Notes: generated by a model not told the origin, from the sequence alone. DNA of 64,000 nt from Eledone cirrhosa (GCA_964016885.1 OZ024761.1:28954001-29018000); one strand, 5' to 3'. Shown: positions 11,570-25,776, numbered from the stretch's first letter. Made by a program: numbers and translations.

Positions 11570-12480
11570 ATCATCATCATCATTTTACGTCCGCTTTTCC
11601 TTGCTTGCAATGGTGGGACGGGAACTGATTCTGGCTTGATTTCTACAGCTGGATGCCCTTCCTAACACCAACCTCATTTACAGTGAGTGCTGGGTGTTTT
11701 TTTCCGTGGTGCCTACATGTCCACTTTACAGTGTGGGCTGGGTGCTTTTTTGCCGTGGCACCTCCACGACCACTTTGCAGTGGGCGGGTGTGGGGCGTAT
11801 TGTCTATATGCTTCAGCTTGTACCCATGGGAGGTCAGGTACTCTGTATTACTGCGTGACGCCAGAGGTCACGGTCGTCTGTCATCGCCTTTGAGAGGTGT
11901 AATTGGGTAAGGTCGGCTTTTATCACCTCATCCCAGGTCTTCTTGGGTCTCCCCACTCCGCGGTTTCCATCGACTTCTAGTGCTCTGCACCTTTTTATGC
12001 AACTGTCATCCTTCATACACATCACATGTCCATACCAACGCAACCGCCTCTCCTGCACACAGCATTTGATTCCTCTTATACTCAGTCTCTCTCTCAATTC
12101 CTTTATGCTTTGCCGTTTGCGTATATTACTATTACACATCCATTGGAGCATGCAGGCTTCGTTTCTTTGTAATCTACGTAAGTCTTCCATCTTCAGCGCC
12201 CAGGTCTCACTACCATGTAACATTGCTGTTCGTATACTCGCATCATACAGTCTGCCTTTCATTTTGAGGAAGAAGCCTTTTGCAGCTAGCAGTGACAGTA
12301 GTTCCCTGAACTTCTTCCATTCCATTCTTACCCTAGTTATTGTACTTTCTGAACACCCACCTCCGCTGCTAATTCGGTCACCTAGGTAGCAGAAGCTGTC
12401 TACTGTTTCTACAGAGCCCTCCCACAAATTGGTGGTACTTGTTTCCTGTGGCTGTTTGCTGCTTGCTGTCCCAGCACAGC
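11570..12480 (-). mobile_element. 5'-truncated RTE-clade LINE with (GAT)n tail
   Basis: ORF 11834-12427: FCYLG..LHGSETWAL..RRLRWYGHV..GRPKKTW (RT thumb/C-terminus), followed by the SINE-shared tail. Confidence 0.9.
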
Positions 12481-12539
12481 TGCTACATGTGAAGCCTACA
12501 TGTGAAGCCTACATTCTTAATTATATATATATATATATT

Positions 12540-12605
<66 letters not shown>

Positions 12606-12667
12606 TGTGTGTGTATATATATATATATATATGTTTGTATGTGTGTGCGTTTGTGTGTGTATATATA

Positions 12668-12976
12668 GGCACATGGCTTAGTGGTTCGAGCATTGGCCTT
12701 GCAATCAAAAGGTTGTGAGTTCAATTCTCAGACCGGGTGATGTGTTGTTTCCTTGAGCAAGACACTTTATTTCACATTGCTCCAGTTTACTCAGCTGTAG
12801 AAATGAGATGATAGGGACTGGGGTCCCTATCATTCCGCTGCAAAGTGGTCGTGGAGGTGCCACGGCAAAAAATCACCCAGCACTCACTGTAAATGAGGTT
12901 GGTGTTAGGAAGGGCATCCAGCCAGCATCAGTTCCCGTCCCACCCTTGCGAGCTGCGAAAAGTGGACGTAAAATGA
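12668..12976 (+). mobile_element. tRNA/CORE-like SINE with RTE tail
   Basis: GGCACATGGCTTAGTGG...GAGTTCAATTC...GGACGTAAAATGA. Confidence 0.85.
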
Positions 12977-13062
12977 GTGAAATATTTATATGTATGTTTG
13001 TGTGTGTGTGCGTTTGTGTGAATATATATATATATATATGTTTGTGTGTGTGCGTTTGTGTG

Positions 13063-13109
<47 letters not shown>

Positions 13110-13152
13110 AGATAAATATACACAGGTGTGTATGATTGTGTATAGAAGATTA

Positions 13153-13539
13153 TATTAATAAGAGGAATTCCAACTTTGTCTGATTTACTTGTTTTATTTA
13201 CAATCCTTTAAAATTTATAATGGTATTATAATGAAATAGTATGATAGAATATTTAATGTTAAGTGTTAATTGAACAAGTACTTTCATACTTTCGCAATCT
13301 TCAGGTTCATAATGTGTGGTGACAGTCAAGTTTGCAATTTTCAACTGTGACAATGGAAAATTGCAAACTTGACTGTCACCACACATTATGAACCTGAAGA
13401 TTGCGAAAGCATGAAAGTACTTGTTCAATTAACACTTAACATTAAATATTCTATCATACTATTTCATTATAATACCATTATAAATTCTAAAGGATTGTAA
13501 ATAAAACAAGTAAATCAGACAAAGTTGGAATTCCTCTTA

Positions 13540-13545
<6 letters not shown>
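13153..13545. mobile_element. Fold-back PLE-like element, family A, with HHRs at 13271-13309(-) and 13389-13427(+)
   Basis: About 190-bp arms, each with TGAAC-CTGAAGA-TTGCGAAAG(C/T)AT-GAAAGTACTT-GTTCA. Confidence 0.85.
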
Positions 13546-13589
<44 letters not shown>

Positions 13590-13849
13590 TGTATATAAAT
13601 TATTAGTGAAGTTGTAATGAAGGTGTAGATTTAAAAAAAACACAAAACATACAGGGTGGCGTGTGTTGGAGTGTGAGCACACACATTAATTTCAGTGGTG
13701 GTCCTTCGAAGCTAGTAAAGATCTCACATTAACTACAACAGTCATGTCTGTCAGTTGAGTCAGTCTAGCAGAAAAATAGGTTTATGAATCCAACTTCATG
13801 AATGAACGGCCAGCATTAGTTAGGGTGAGGAAAGAAGGAGGAAGGGAGG

Positions 13850-13880
<31 letters not shown>

Positions 13881-14519
13881 GGTGTTCGGTGTTCGCTCGT
13901 GAACGACCACACCACACGCTCTGATGGCTGCTTCTAATATTCCGCACTGCATCTCCGACTTAAATGTGTTTGCCGTCATTTTCCCTCGTCCATCCGAACA
14001 CATTCGTTTCTCTCTCTCTCTTTCTCTCTCTCTCACTCTCTCTCTCTTTCTCTTTCTCTCTCTTCCTCTCTCTCACTCTTTCTCTCACTCTTTCTGTCTC
14101 TCTCTCTGTCTCTCTCTCTCTCCCTCCCTCTATCTCTCTCATCTCAAACGGTCATCGGCGTTTTATACACACAGATGAACAAAGAGTTTAAAGAGCATCA
14201 CTGAACTTGGTAATTAATTGAAGGACAGTGGTGGTGGTGGTGGTGAGAGTGGGGGGGAGGAGGAGGGAGATTCTGAGGGAGCAGGAGAGCCTCAGCTTCA
14301 TTTTAAACTGTCCGTCGTTCAACTTTTCGTTGAATGAATGAAAATTTCTCAAATTTTCATTCATTCATTCATTCATTCTTGTTGGTTGCCCATCAGTTTT
14401 GTCAGTGGTGATGGTGGACGTGAGGGGAATGGGTGTTATGTGGGTGATGGGGGGGGGGGTATACGTGGTGGTGATGGTGGGACAGCTATATGGGGGGTCG
14501 TGATGATGGCAGGTTATAT

Positions 14520-15290
14520 GTACAAAATACATCTGTTTGACTCTGCATTACAATTTCCCTACTCTCTCCAGATGTAAAACACCCTACCATGAACAGAAGA
14601 TAACTGTTTGCCTCTGCTCAACAATTTCTACATACTCTCCAGATGTAAAGTTTCTACCTTTATACAGAACACATCTGTTTGCTTCTGTTCTACAATTTCT
14701 ATATTCACTCCAGATGTAAAGTTTCCTCCTATATGCACAATACATCTATTTGCCTCTACTCCACAATCTCTCTAGATGTAAGGCTACCTCTTGTATACAG
14801 AAGAGATCTGTTTGCCTCTGTTCTACAATTTCTACACTCTCTCCAGATGTAAGGCACCTTACCATGAACAAAATACATCTGTTTGCCTCTACTCTACACT
14901 TTCTATGCTATCTCTAGATGTAAAGTTCCTTCCTGTATACAGAATACAAGTGTTTGCCTCTGTTCTACAATGTCTGCTCTCTCCCAGATGTGAAGCTCTG
15001 TACTATGAACAGAACACATCTGTTTGTATCTACTCCACACTCTCTCTAGATATAAGGCTACCTCTTGTATTCACAAATGATCTGTTTGTATCTACTCCAC
15101 ACTCTCTCTAGATGTAAGGCTACCACATGTATACACAACACATCTGTTTGCCTCTGCTCTACAATTTTCTACATTCTCTCCAGATGTAAAATTCTTTCCT
15201 TTATACAGAATACATCTGTTTGGCTATACTTTAGTATTTCTACATTCTCTCTGAATGTAAGGTTCCCTGCCATGCACATCAGGTTCTGTT
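14520..15290. repeat. Degenerate ~60-bp minisatellite
   Basis: Recurrent CTCTCCAGATGTAA and CATCTGTTTGCCTCT. Confidence 0.8.
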
Positions 15291-15554
15291 GAGGTGTATC
15301 GAGGGGGATGAGCCATGATAGTGTGGGGGGGGGGTATGGTGCTGTGGGGTAAGAGTCTGATGGTGGATGAGGGAGAAAGAGGGGGGGGGGGGGGGGGTTA
15401 TTCAATGTCAATTTTTGGCAACTGATAGCAAGAGATTTGTGTGATCATTTGACGATCATAAAGATATATATGTTTTTGTGCCTGCGTACATATACATGTA
15501 TATATATGCACATACATATACACAAAAATGTATGTGTATATATATACATATATT

Positions 15555-15607
<53 letters not shown>

Positions 15608-15649
15608 TATATATATATACATATAATATATATATATATATATAGTAAT

Positions 15650-15714
<65 letters not shown>

Positions 15715-15785
15715 CAATATATATATACATATATATAATAATATATATATACATGCAATAATAATATATATACATATATATATAT

Positions 15786-15837
<52 letters not shown>

Positions 15838-16052
15838 GCACATATATAAACATATAGATATATAGATATATACACATATATACATATATATACACATACA
15901 TACATATACATATATATATACACACATATATATATACATATATATATATATGTATATATAAACATATATATACATATATATATACATATAAAGACATATA
16001 TATACGTATATATATATACATACATACATACATACATATATATATATATATT

Positions 16053-16086
<34 letters not shown>

Positions 16087-16315
16087 CACACACACACACA
16101 TATATATACACACACATACACACATATGCATACACATAGGTAGGGGTATGTAGGTATATATTAGAGAAAGTGATAAAACATATTCAAAAGCATCAGCACC
16201 AATGCCATCTCAGATTTCAGAAAACTATTTCCATATACCCAGACGGACACAAGAGGAAACAAAATTGATAAGACTGTCATTGTATTATCAACAATGGAAT
16301 CACCAAAGGAATATC

Positions 16316-16354
<39 letters not shown>

Positions 16355-16369
16355 CATGTGTGTGTGTGT

Positions 16370-16410
<41 letters not shown>

Positions 16411-16490
16411 CATATATATATATATATATATATGTATGTGTAAATATATATATATTATTACACACACACACACATGTATATACATGTATA

Positions 16491-16595
<105 letters not shown>

Positions 16596-16640
16596 AAATA
16601 TATATATATAAAAAAGTGAGTAGGAATCAGGTGTTAAAGA

Positions 16641-16676
<36 letters not shown>

Positions 16677-16715
16677 CCCTTCCAAAGTAGTATATATATA
16701 TATACACACACACAA

Positions 16716-16753
<38 letters not shown>

Positions 16754-17328
16754 GTCATGTTCTATAATGAATAAAATTAGTTTTAAGTGAAACTTCATTC
16801 TCTCTCTCTCTTTCTCTCTCTCACACACACACACACACTATGCATACACATACACACATGAAGAACAAGTGAGAAAGAGGGGGCAGGGGCAACTGGCAGA
16901 GGTTTTGTTCAGATCAGAAATCTAAAAATCTAAGGGCAGACAACTTCACAAGTATCCTAGTCACCAACAACAATAGATTAACTTGAAATATTCTGAAAGT
17001 AAAATCTGATGGTTATTTCATGGAACAGTGACATGATCTTATCATGTGACTCTTTCAATTTGAGATAAAACAAGACAATTGTGTATCTAGCTATCGTCAT
17101 CATTGTTTTTATGTTCATTTTTTTTTTTCCACGCCTGCATGGTTTGGATGTCGTGCTTTTCATATTTTTAGCAGGATTTTTCTGGCTGGATGCCCTTCCT
17201 CTCACCAGCGACTTTACAGCATTGACTGGGTGCATTATTTGTGCCACAAGCACTAGAGAGGTTGTCTTACTGGATTCAAGTCCTCTCCACTCAGTATATA
17301 TGTATATGTATATGAATATATGTATATG

Positions 17329-17361
<33 letters not shown>

Positions 17362-17765
17362 CATCATCATCATCATCATCGTTTAATGTCCATCTTCCAC
17401 GCTTGCATGGGTTTGGACGGGGAGTTTTCCCACTTGAGGCAAGAGTGGTTGTCTTGCTCGCATAGGACTGTCTGGCGGGTTTTCTACGGCTGGATGCCCT
17501 TCCTAACACCAACCACGTTTACAGTGTGGACTGGGAGGTTTTTACCGTGTTACCTACACGGCCACATTACAGCTTGGACTGTGTTTTTTTGTCGTGACAC
17601 CTACCAGACCTCATTTGTTTTGGACTGGATGTTGCGGTACCAACATAACTTTACATTGTTAGGGGTGGTGTGGATGGGGTTGGGGTAGTGGGACGGGGGT
17701 ATATTTTTGTTAAGAGGTGCCTACTGACTGTAGTAGGTTTCACTTTGTACTTAGGTAAGGCGGGT

Positions 17766-17822
<57 letters not shown>

Positions 17823-18400
17823 GCATATATATATATACATGTATATATATACATATGCATATATATATACATGTATATATATATGTGTATATATATATGT
17901 GTATATATATATATATATACACATACAATCATACATATATATATACACATACATACATATATATACACATATATATTTATATACACATACATACATATAT
18001 ATATATACACATACATATATGGCTTTGCGGTTAATGGTTTAACCATTGTCTCAGTGTGTTTGGCCTTTTAACGTATGTTTATTGCTCTAGTTCACTCGTT
18101 TCTATTGAGCGCTTGCCACACATTTCGGAAATTGTTTTTCGCTAATTTCCAATAGCCGAAATGCGATTCTCGCTAATTTATATTTATATATATATATGTA
18201 TGTATGTGTATATATATATATATATACATATAGTATTAAGTATTAAGTATACTATTTATGGTTATGCAAATACAAAAACCTTTTGTAGTTATATATATTT
18301 TTACAAACCCTAAATAGTGATAGGCAGTAATATATTACTACATTATTACCAGTAAGTTAAATAGCTCAATGTAATAACATCAGATGATTTACAGAGCAGT

Positions 18401-18702
18401 TATATGAATTATAAGAATCAAAGAACTGTTCAAAACATTTTTATGCTTACAACTGTTTCCTCCAAACCGAGGTTTGGATTCTTCGGAGCAATTTATTATT
18501 GAATGAACACTTATATGACCTCCTTTTCAACCCAAGAGACCCACAATATTTGCATCTGTATCTGTATCTCTCTTGGGTTGAAAAGGAGGTCATATAAGTG
18601 TTCATTCAATAATAAATTGCTCCGAAGAATCCAAACCTCGGTTTGGAGGAAACAGTTGTAAGCATAAAAATATTTTGAACAGTTCTTTGATTCTTATAAC
18701 TC

Positions 18703-18707
<5 letters not shown>
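18401..18707. mobile_element. Fold-back element, family D, with variant HHRs at 18444-18490(-) and 18618-18664(+)
   Basis: 139-bp arms; TGCT-CCGAAGA-aTCCAAACCtcGGTTTGGAg-GAAAC-AGTT-GTA-AGCA. Confidence 0.75.
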
Positions 18708-18733
<26 letters not shown>

Positions 18734-18739
18734 AATATA

Positions 18740-19147
18740 TAAGTAGAGTGGGTATTAATTTGTTGGAAGTCCGACAAATATAAATGTTTAGAACTGATTC
18801 AGAGCACTGAACAGATTACTGGAGTAAATATTCAATGATATTAAATAAATGGAAACTATATTTATAAAACCATATTTATTTTATTATATATATTTCAAGG
18901 GTACCAAGACAACATTGGTACGCTTTCATCAGATAAAATACAAAGTTTGTTTTAAATATTAGAAATTCACTGAGTGAATTTCCAACTGATAAGGTATGAT
19001 TTTCATGGGTATGTCTCTATTTATAAAACAAACTTTGTATTTTATCTGATGAAAGTGTACCAATGTTGTCTTGGTACCCTTGAAATATATATAATAAAAA
19101 ATAAATATGGTTTTATAAATATAGTTTCCATTTATTTAATAACATTG
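18740..19147. mobile_element. Fold-back element, family E, with HHRs at 18879-18938(-) and 19040-19099(+)
   Basis: Arms about 18833-18954 and 19024-19147; TTTTAT-CTGATGA-AAG..GTACCAA/TTGGTAC..CTT-GAAA-TATATA-TA-ATAAAA. Confidence 0.82.
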
Positions 19148-19193
19148 AATATAAATATATATATATTTATATATACATATATATATATGTGTG

Positions 19194-19224
<31 letters not shown>

Positions 19225-19225
19225 G

Positions 19226-19313
<88 letters not shown>

Positions 19314-19633
19314 CACACTCACATGGGGCAGTCATTTTGCCAATAAACATATGCACTGATTGCTGTTCACTTAATTATTCTTAATTAATTAGCAAATAAA
19401 TTCATTAATTTATTATAAAGAAATCCACTATAATGAGTGCATGTGTATATTAGCATAAAGACCCACAAACTACATCACACACACACATACATAATAATAT
19501 ACATACATATGCACACACACATACATATATATAGACATATATATATATATATATATATACATATTCAGAAATGCACTAAGCCACACATACATATACACAA
19601 ACACACTTATATGCTCATACACACACATATATA

Positions 19634-19820
19634 TAATTGTTTCTACCTTTGGCACAAGGCCAGCAATTACCCACTGTATTACTGGTACTTTATTTTATCG
19701 ACCCCGTAAGGATGAAAGGTAAAGTTAACCTCGGCGGGATTTGAACTCAGACCATAAAGGGCCGTAACTCTTTGCTGCAAGGCATGGCGTCCGACACTCT
19801 ACCGATACTGCCAATCTACC
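19634..19820 (-). mobile_element. Nin/Deu-domain-like tRNA SINE
   Basis: Family consensus match; another copy at 20084-20273(-). Confidence 0.85.
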
Positions 19821-19821
19821 G

Positions 19822-20035
19822 ATATAATAAAGATGAAATAAAAGATGGTTATATATAAGATAGTTCCATATATTTTATTATACGTATTTCGAAATACGTA
19901 TAATAAAATATATGAAACACTTATAACCATCTTTTATTTCATCTTTATTATATATACTCCAGTTCTACCAACTGTTGAGTGCTACTTATCTGATATATGC
20001 ATAGTTTTATTGTTCTACAATATTACTCACCTTCT
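19822..20035. mobile_element. Fold-back element related to family F, folded at the HHR GAAA
   Basis: Palindrome centred on TTTC|GAAA (19890/19891); tail resembles 58215-58302. Confidence 0.7.
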
Positions 20036-20429
20036 ATATGTATATATATATATATATGTGTGCAGATTGTTATAGAAACTACATAATTGTTTTTACTTTT
20101 TGGCACAAGACTAGCATTTATCCCAGTACATTACTGGTACTTTATTTTATCGACCCCGTAAGGATGAAAGGCAAAGTTAACTTCGGCGGGATTTGAACTC
20201 AGACCGTAAAGGGACATAACTATGCTGGAAAGCATGGCGTCCGACTCTCTATCGATACTGTCAATCCACCGCCACTGAAACTACATAATTAATAAGAATT
20301 CCATCCATGGAGATCTTTGAAAGTATAGGAGAGTTCTAAGGGCAGATAACACGAAAATTAGCCAATGATTAAACAACTTGAATTTTTGTAAATGGAAAGG
20401 AAAGTCTATATATATAAATATATATATAT

Positions 20430-20597
20430 GGGAAAAGAGTCAGGACCACGGCTGAGCTCCGGCCGTTTCGACAGCTAGATCCAGAGCTCAGCTGTCGGGG
20501 ACCTGACTCTTTTCCTATTACCCACTCTACTACCTTAAGTATCGAGTACTCTGGTGGGTTATGGTCCACCTGGTATCTCACCACACCTTCTTTCTTA
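20430..20597. mobile_element. Fold-back PLE-like tail, family C
   Basis: GGAAAAGAGTCAGG...CCTGACTCTTTTCC; partial HHR 3' half. Confidence 0.65.
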
Positions 20598-20698
20598 TAT
20601 ATATAGATAGATAGATAGACAGATAGATAGATATAGATAAATATTTATAAATATAAATGCATATATTTATATATATTTATATATATATACATTTATAC

Positions 20699-20739
<41 letters not shown>

Positions 20740-20851
20740 CACATATATATATATATATACATCTGTATGTGTGTATGTATGTATATATATATATATATAT
20801 ATAAAAAACATGAGAAGAAAGAAGAATACTGCATGGTTGCACATGGGTTAC

Positions 20852-20894
<43 letters not shown>

Positions 20895-20896
20895 AT

Positions 20897-20943
<47 letters not shown>

Positions 20944-20944
<1 letters not shown>

Positions 20945-21905
20945 GTGGAGAAGTAAATAAAGGAGAACAAACCGTTAAAACATGTTTATTTAAAATAGCA
21001 CCTACATACGATTCGCCCGAATGGGCTTCTGAAGGGCATAAACAACTAAAAAGCGTTCCTTACATGACCCAGAATGGGTATTAAGAAATAAGTTCACGTC
21101 AGAGTTCATTCTTCGTAAAAAAACATGTATTGATTTTGCAGTAGGTCAAGGGAGATAACTCTAGCCGGTGTTAGAACAGTATTTTCTGGACGACTTTTTT
21201 ATCCGTTACTACTATGTGGTTACTACCCTACCATTGTCGATACGCACAGGGTTAGGTAAGCAACGTTTGTTTCAAGATGTTTGTTTGCTGCGCCTGCCCG
21301 CCTGGGTCGATTCATGTCGGGTCTGGGATGCATCGTTAGTTTGCGGGTGTTTTGTGCAGCTCCTGCCCACCGGGGTGTTAAAGTTTGGTGCAGGGAGACC
21401 CGGTTTACGGTTTCCACTCTTCGTTCTTATTCCATCTGGAGTAGGATATTTTTAAGCGGTGTGTACAGCTTATTGTCATTTCAGCTTTGCTGTTGATGAG
21501 CTCGTGGGGTGCCGTTATGATATGGTAGAGCTCCATGAGGCAAAGCTCGCACTTCCTCTTGAAGTTGTACGGTGCTGCTCTGCCGACAATTTCCCAGTGC
21601 GTGGAGAAGCTGATGTTTCAGTCTTTTAATGCTGTGACCCATTCCGGGTCATGTAAGGTACACTTTTTAGTTGTTTATGCCCTTGAGAAGCCCATTCGGG
21701 CGAAACGTACATAGGTGCTATTTTAAATAAACATGTTTTAACGGTTTTTTCTCCTTTATTTACTTCTCCACATGCTTCCGCTCTGCTAATTCTCTCGCCT
21801 ACTAGATATTAACACTTCTAATATTTAACACTGCCAGCACTAGTATTGAGCACCCTCTGCATACGCTATTGGCAAATAACTACATGTATCGCCTATCTCT
21901 CCTAG
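20944..21905 (-). mobile_element. 5'-truncated Penelope-like element with inverted pLTR copy
   Basis: Inverted arms about 20945-21078 and 21638-21770 with HHR-like motifs enclose a GIY-YIG C-terminal fragment. Confidence 0.8.
21450..21632 (-). pseudogene. PLE GIY-YIG endonuclease C-terminal fragment (Naiad-like CxxC...CxH)
   Basis: ALKD*NISFSTHWEIVGRAAPYNFKRKCELCLMELYHIITAPHELINSKAEMTISCTHRLK; translated manually, not in the ORF track. Confidence 0.75.
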
Positions 21906-22109
21906 ATATATATATTACTATATAACCACAGATGTTCCCATCATTAATCAGAAGTGTCAGCTGTCATGATAATAATGTTGATGATGTTGATGCTGATGAT
22001 AACTAACGTTGTTGAAAGCGACAATGATTAAGACACTAAGATGTTCACAATGAAGATAGGGAGCCGTTGTTTTTGCTGAAGGTGAAAACATTAAAACAGC
22101 TGCAGCCAT

Positions 22110-24700
22110 CTTGTGGTGATGGTGGTGGTGGTGGTGATGTTGGTGGTGGTGGTGGAGGTTGTGGTTGTCGTGGTGGTGGTGGTGGTGATGGTGGTGATGG
22201 TTGTGGTGGTGGTGGATGTTGTGGTGGCAGTGGAGATTGTGGTGGTGGTGGTGGTAGTGGTGATGGTTGTGGTGGTGGTGGAGGTTGTGGTGGTGTTGGT
22301 GGTGGTGGTGGCTGTGGAGATTGTGGTGGTGGTGGTGGAGGTTGTGGTTGTTGTGGTGATGGTGGTGGTGATGGTGGTGGTGGTGGCAGTGGAGATTGTG
22401 GTGGTGCTGGTGATGGTTGTGGTGGTGGAGGTTGTGGTGGTGGTGGTGGAGGTTGTGGTGGTGGTGGTGATGGTGGTGGAGGATGTGGTGGCGGTGGTGG
22501 CGGTGGTGGTGATGACAATGATATCTATGGTATCAATGGTGGTGGTGGTGATGACAATGGTATGAATGATGTTTGTGATGATGATAATACTTTCGATGGT
22601 ATCAATGGTATCAATGGTGGTGATGGTGGTGACAATGGTATCAATGATGGTGGTGATGACAATGGTATCAGTGATGGTGGTGGTGGTGGTGACAATGGTA
22701 TCAATGATGGTGGTGATGACAATGGTATCAGTGATGGTGGTGGTGGTGATGACAATGGTATCAGTGGTGGTGGTGACAATGGTATCAGTGGTGGTGGTGG
22801 TGGTGGTGGTGGTGGTGGTGACAATGGTATCAATGATGGTGGTGATGACAATGGTATCAGTGATGGTGGTGGTGGTGGTGACAATGGTATCAGTGGTGGT
22901 GGTGGTGGTGGTGGTGGTGGTGGTGACAATGGTATCAATGATGGTGGTGATGACAATGGTATCAGTGATGGTGGTGGTGGTGGTGACAATGGTATCAGTG
23001 GTGGTGGTGGTGGTGGTGGTGGTGGTGGTGACAATGGTATCAATGATGGTGGTGGTGACAATGGTATCAATGATGGTGGTGATGACAATGGTATCAGTGA
23101 TGGTGGTGGTGGTGGTGGTGGTGACAATGGCATCAATGATGGTAGTGGTGGTGGTGGTGGTGGTGGTGGTGGTGACAATGGTATCAATGATGGTGGTGGT
23201 GGTGGTGGTGGTGACAATGGCATCAATGATGGTGGTGGTGGTGGTGACAAGGGTATCAATGATGGTGGTGGTGGTGGTGGTGGTGACAATGGTATCAATG
23301 ATGGTGGTGGTGGTGGTGGTGGTGGTGGTGACAATGGTATCAATGATGGTGGTGGTGGTGGTGGTGGTGGTGATGGTGACAATGGAATCAATGATGGTGG
23401 TGGTGGTGGTGATGGTGACAATGGTATCAATGATGGTGGTGGTGGTGGTGGTGGTGACAATGGTATCAATGATGGTGGTGATGGTGACAATGGAATCAAT
23501 GATGGTGGTGGTGGTGGTGGTGACAATGGTATCAATGATGGTGGTGGTGGTGACAATGGAATCAATGATGGTGGTGGTGGTGGTGGTGGTGACAATGGTA
23601 TCAATGATGGTGGTGGTGGTGGTGGTGGTGACAATGGAATCAATGATGGTGGTGGTGGTGATGGTGACAATGGTATCAATGATGGTGGTGGTGGTGATGG
23701 TGACAATGGTATCAATGATGGTGGTGGTGGTGGTGGTGGTGACAATGGTATCAATGATGGTGGTGGTGGTGGTGGTGGTGACAATGGAATCAATGATGGT
23801 GGTGGTGGTGATGGTGACAATGGTATCAATGATGGTGGTGGTGGTGATGGTGACAATGGTATCAATGATGGTGGTGGTGGTGGTGATGGTGACAATGGTA
23901 TCAATGATGGTGGTGGTGGTGGTGGTGGTGACAATGGTATCAATGATGGTGGTGGTGGTGGTGGTGACAATGGTATCAATGATGGTGGTGGTGGTGGTGA
24001 CAATGGTATCAAAGATGGTGCTGATGATGATGACAATGCTATCGATGGTATCATTGGTATCAAAAATGATGGTGGTGGTGGTGATGATGACAACGGTATG
24101 AATGATGTTTGTGATGATGATAATACTTTCGATGGTATCAATGGTGGTGATGGTGGTGACAATGGTATCAGTGATGGTGGTGGTGGTGGTGGTGACAATG
24201 GCATCAATGATGGTGGTGGTGGTGGTGGTGACAACGGAATCAATGATGGTGGTGGTGGTGGTGACAATGGCATCAATGATGGTAGTGGTGGTGGTGGTGA
24301 CAATGGAATCAATGATGGTGGTGGTGGTGGTGGTGGTGACAATGGTATCAATGATGGTGGTGGTGGTGGTGACAATGGTATCAATGATGGTGGTGGTGGT
24401 GGTGGTGACAATGGTATCAATGATGGTGGTGGTGGTGGTGGTGACAATGGAATCAATGATGGTGGTGGTGGTGGTGACAATGGCATCAATGATGGTAGTG
24501 GTGGTGGTGGTGACAATGGAATCAATGATGGTGGTGGTGGTGGTGGTGGTGACAATGGTATCAATGATGTTGGTGATGATGATGATAACAATACTTTCGA
24601 TGGTATCAATGGTATCAATGATGACAGTGGTGGTGGCGGTGTCAGGAGTGGTGGCGGTGTCAGGAGTGGTGGTGATGACAACCGTTATGATGACAATGAT
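22110..24700. repeat. (GGT)n-based compound minisatellite, unit GACAATGGTATCAATGAT(GGT)n
   Basis: Direct inspection. Confidence 0.95.
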
Positions 24701-24811
24701 AACAGCCTGACAATGATGTCTGTCTCAGCTTCCATTAGACACTTTCACTAATGTTTGCTGTAATTTAGATTAAATCCTACATCTTTAATATACATCCCTC
24801 CCTGCCCTCGC

Positions 24812-24844
24812 ATATGTATGTATGTGTGTATATATATATATATG

Positions 24845-24939
<95 letters not shown>

Positions 24940-24943
24940 TATG

Positions 24944-24974
<31 letters not shown>

Positions 24975-24977
24975 GTG

Positions 24978-25011
<34 letters not shown>

Positions 25012-25160
25012 TATATGTATATATATATATATATATATGTGTATATATATATATATACATATATATATACATATATATATATACATATATATATAATATA
25101 TGTGTATATATATATAGTACATATATATATACATATATATATATACATATATATATATAC

Positions 25161-25193
<33 letters not shown>

Positions 25194-25483
25194 CATATAT
25201 AGTATACATATATATATATACATATATATATACATATATATATATACTATATATATATATACATATATATATATACATATATATATATATACATATATAC
25301 ATTATATATACATATATATATATATACATATATACATATATATATATACATATATATATATATACATATATATACTATATAGTATTTACATATATATACA
25401 TATATATAGTTATACATATATATATATATACATATATATACATATATATATATATGACATATATATATATATACTATATATAC

Positions 25484-25514
<31 letters not shown>

Positions 25515-25743
25515 CATATATATATATACATATATATATATATACATATATATATGCATATATATATATACATATATATATATACATATATATATGCAAT
25601 ATATATATACATATATATATATACATATATATATATACATATATATATATACATATATATATATACATATATATATACATATATATATATACACATATAT
25701 ATACATATATATATACTATATATATATACATATATATATATAC

Positions 25744-25776
<33 letters not shown>

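Noticed and set aside
12668-12740. tRNA gene
   Set aside because: A and B boxes run into a SINE body, the sequence is multi-copy, and no clean cloverleaf forms
21618-21620. In-frame TGA in the PLE peptide as selenocysteine
   Set aside because: It is not at an apparent Cys position; CGA-to-TGA decay is simpler; no SECIS was identified
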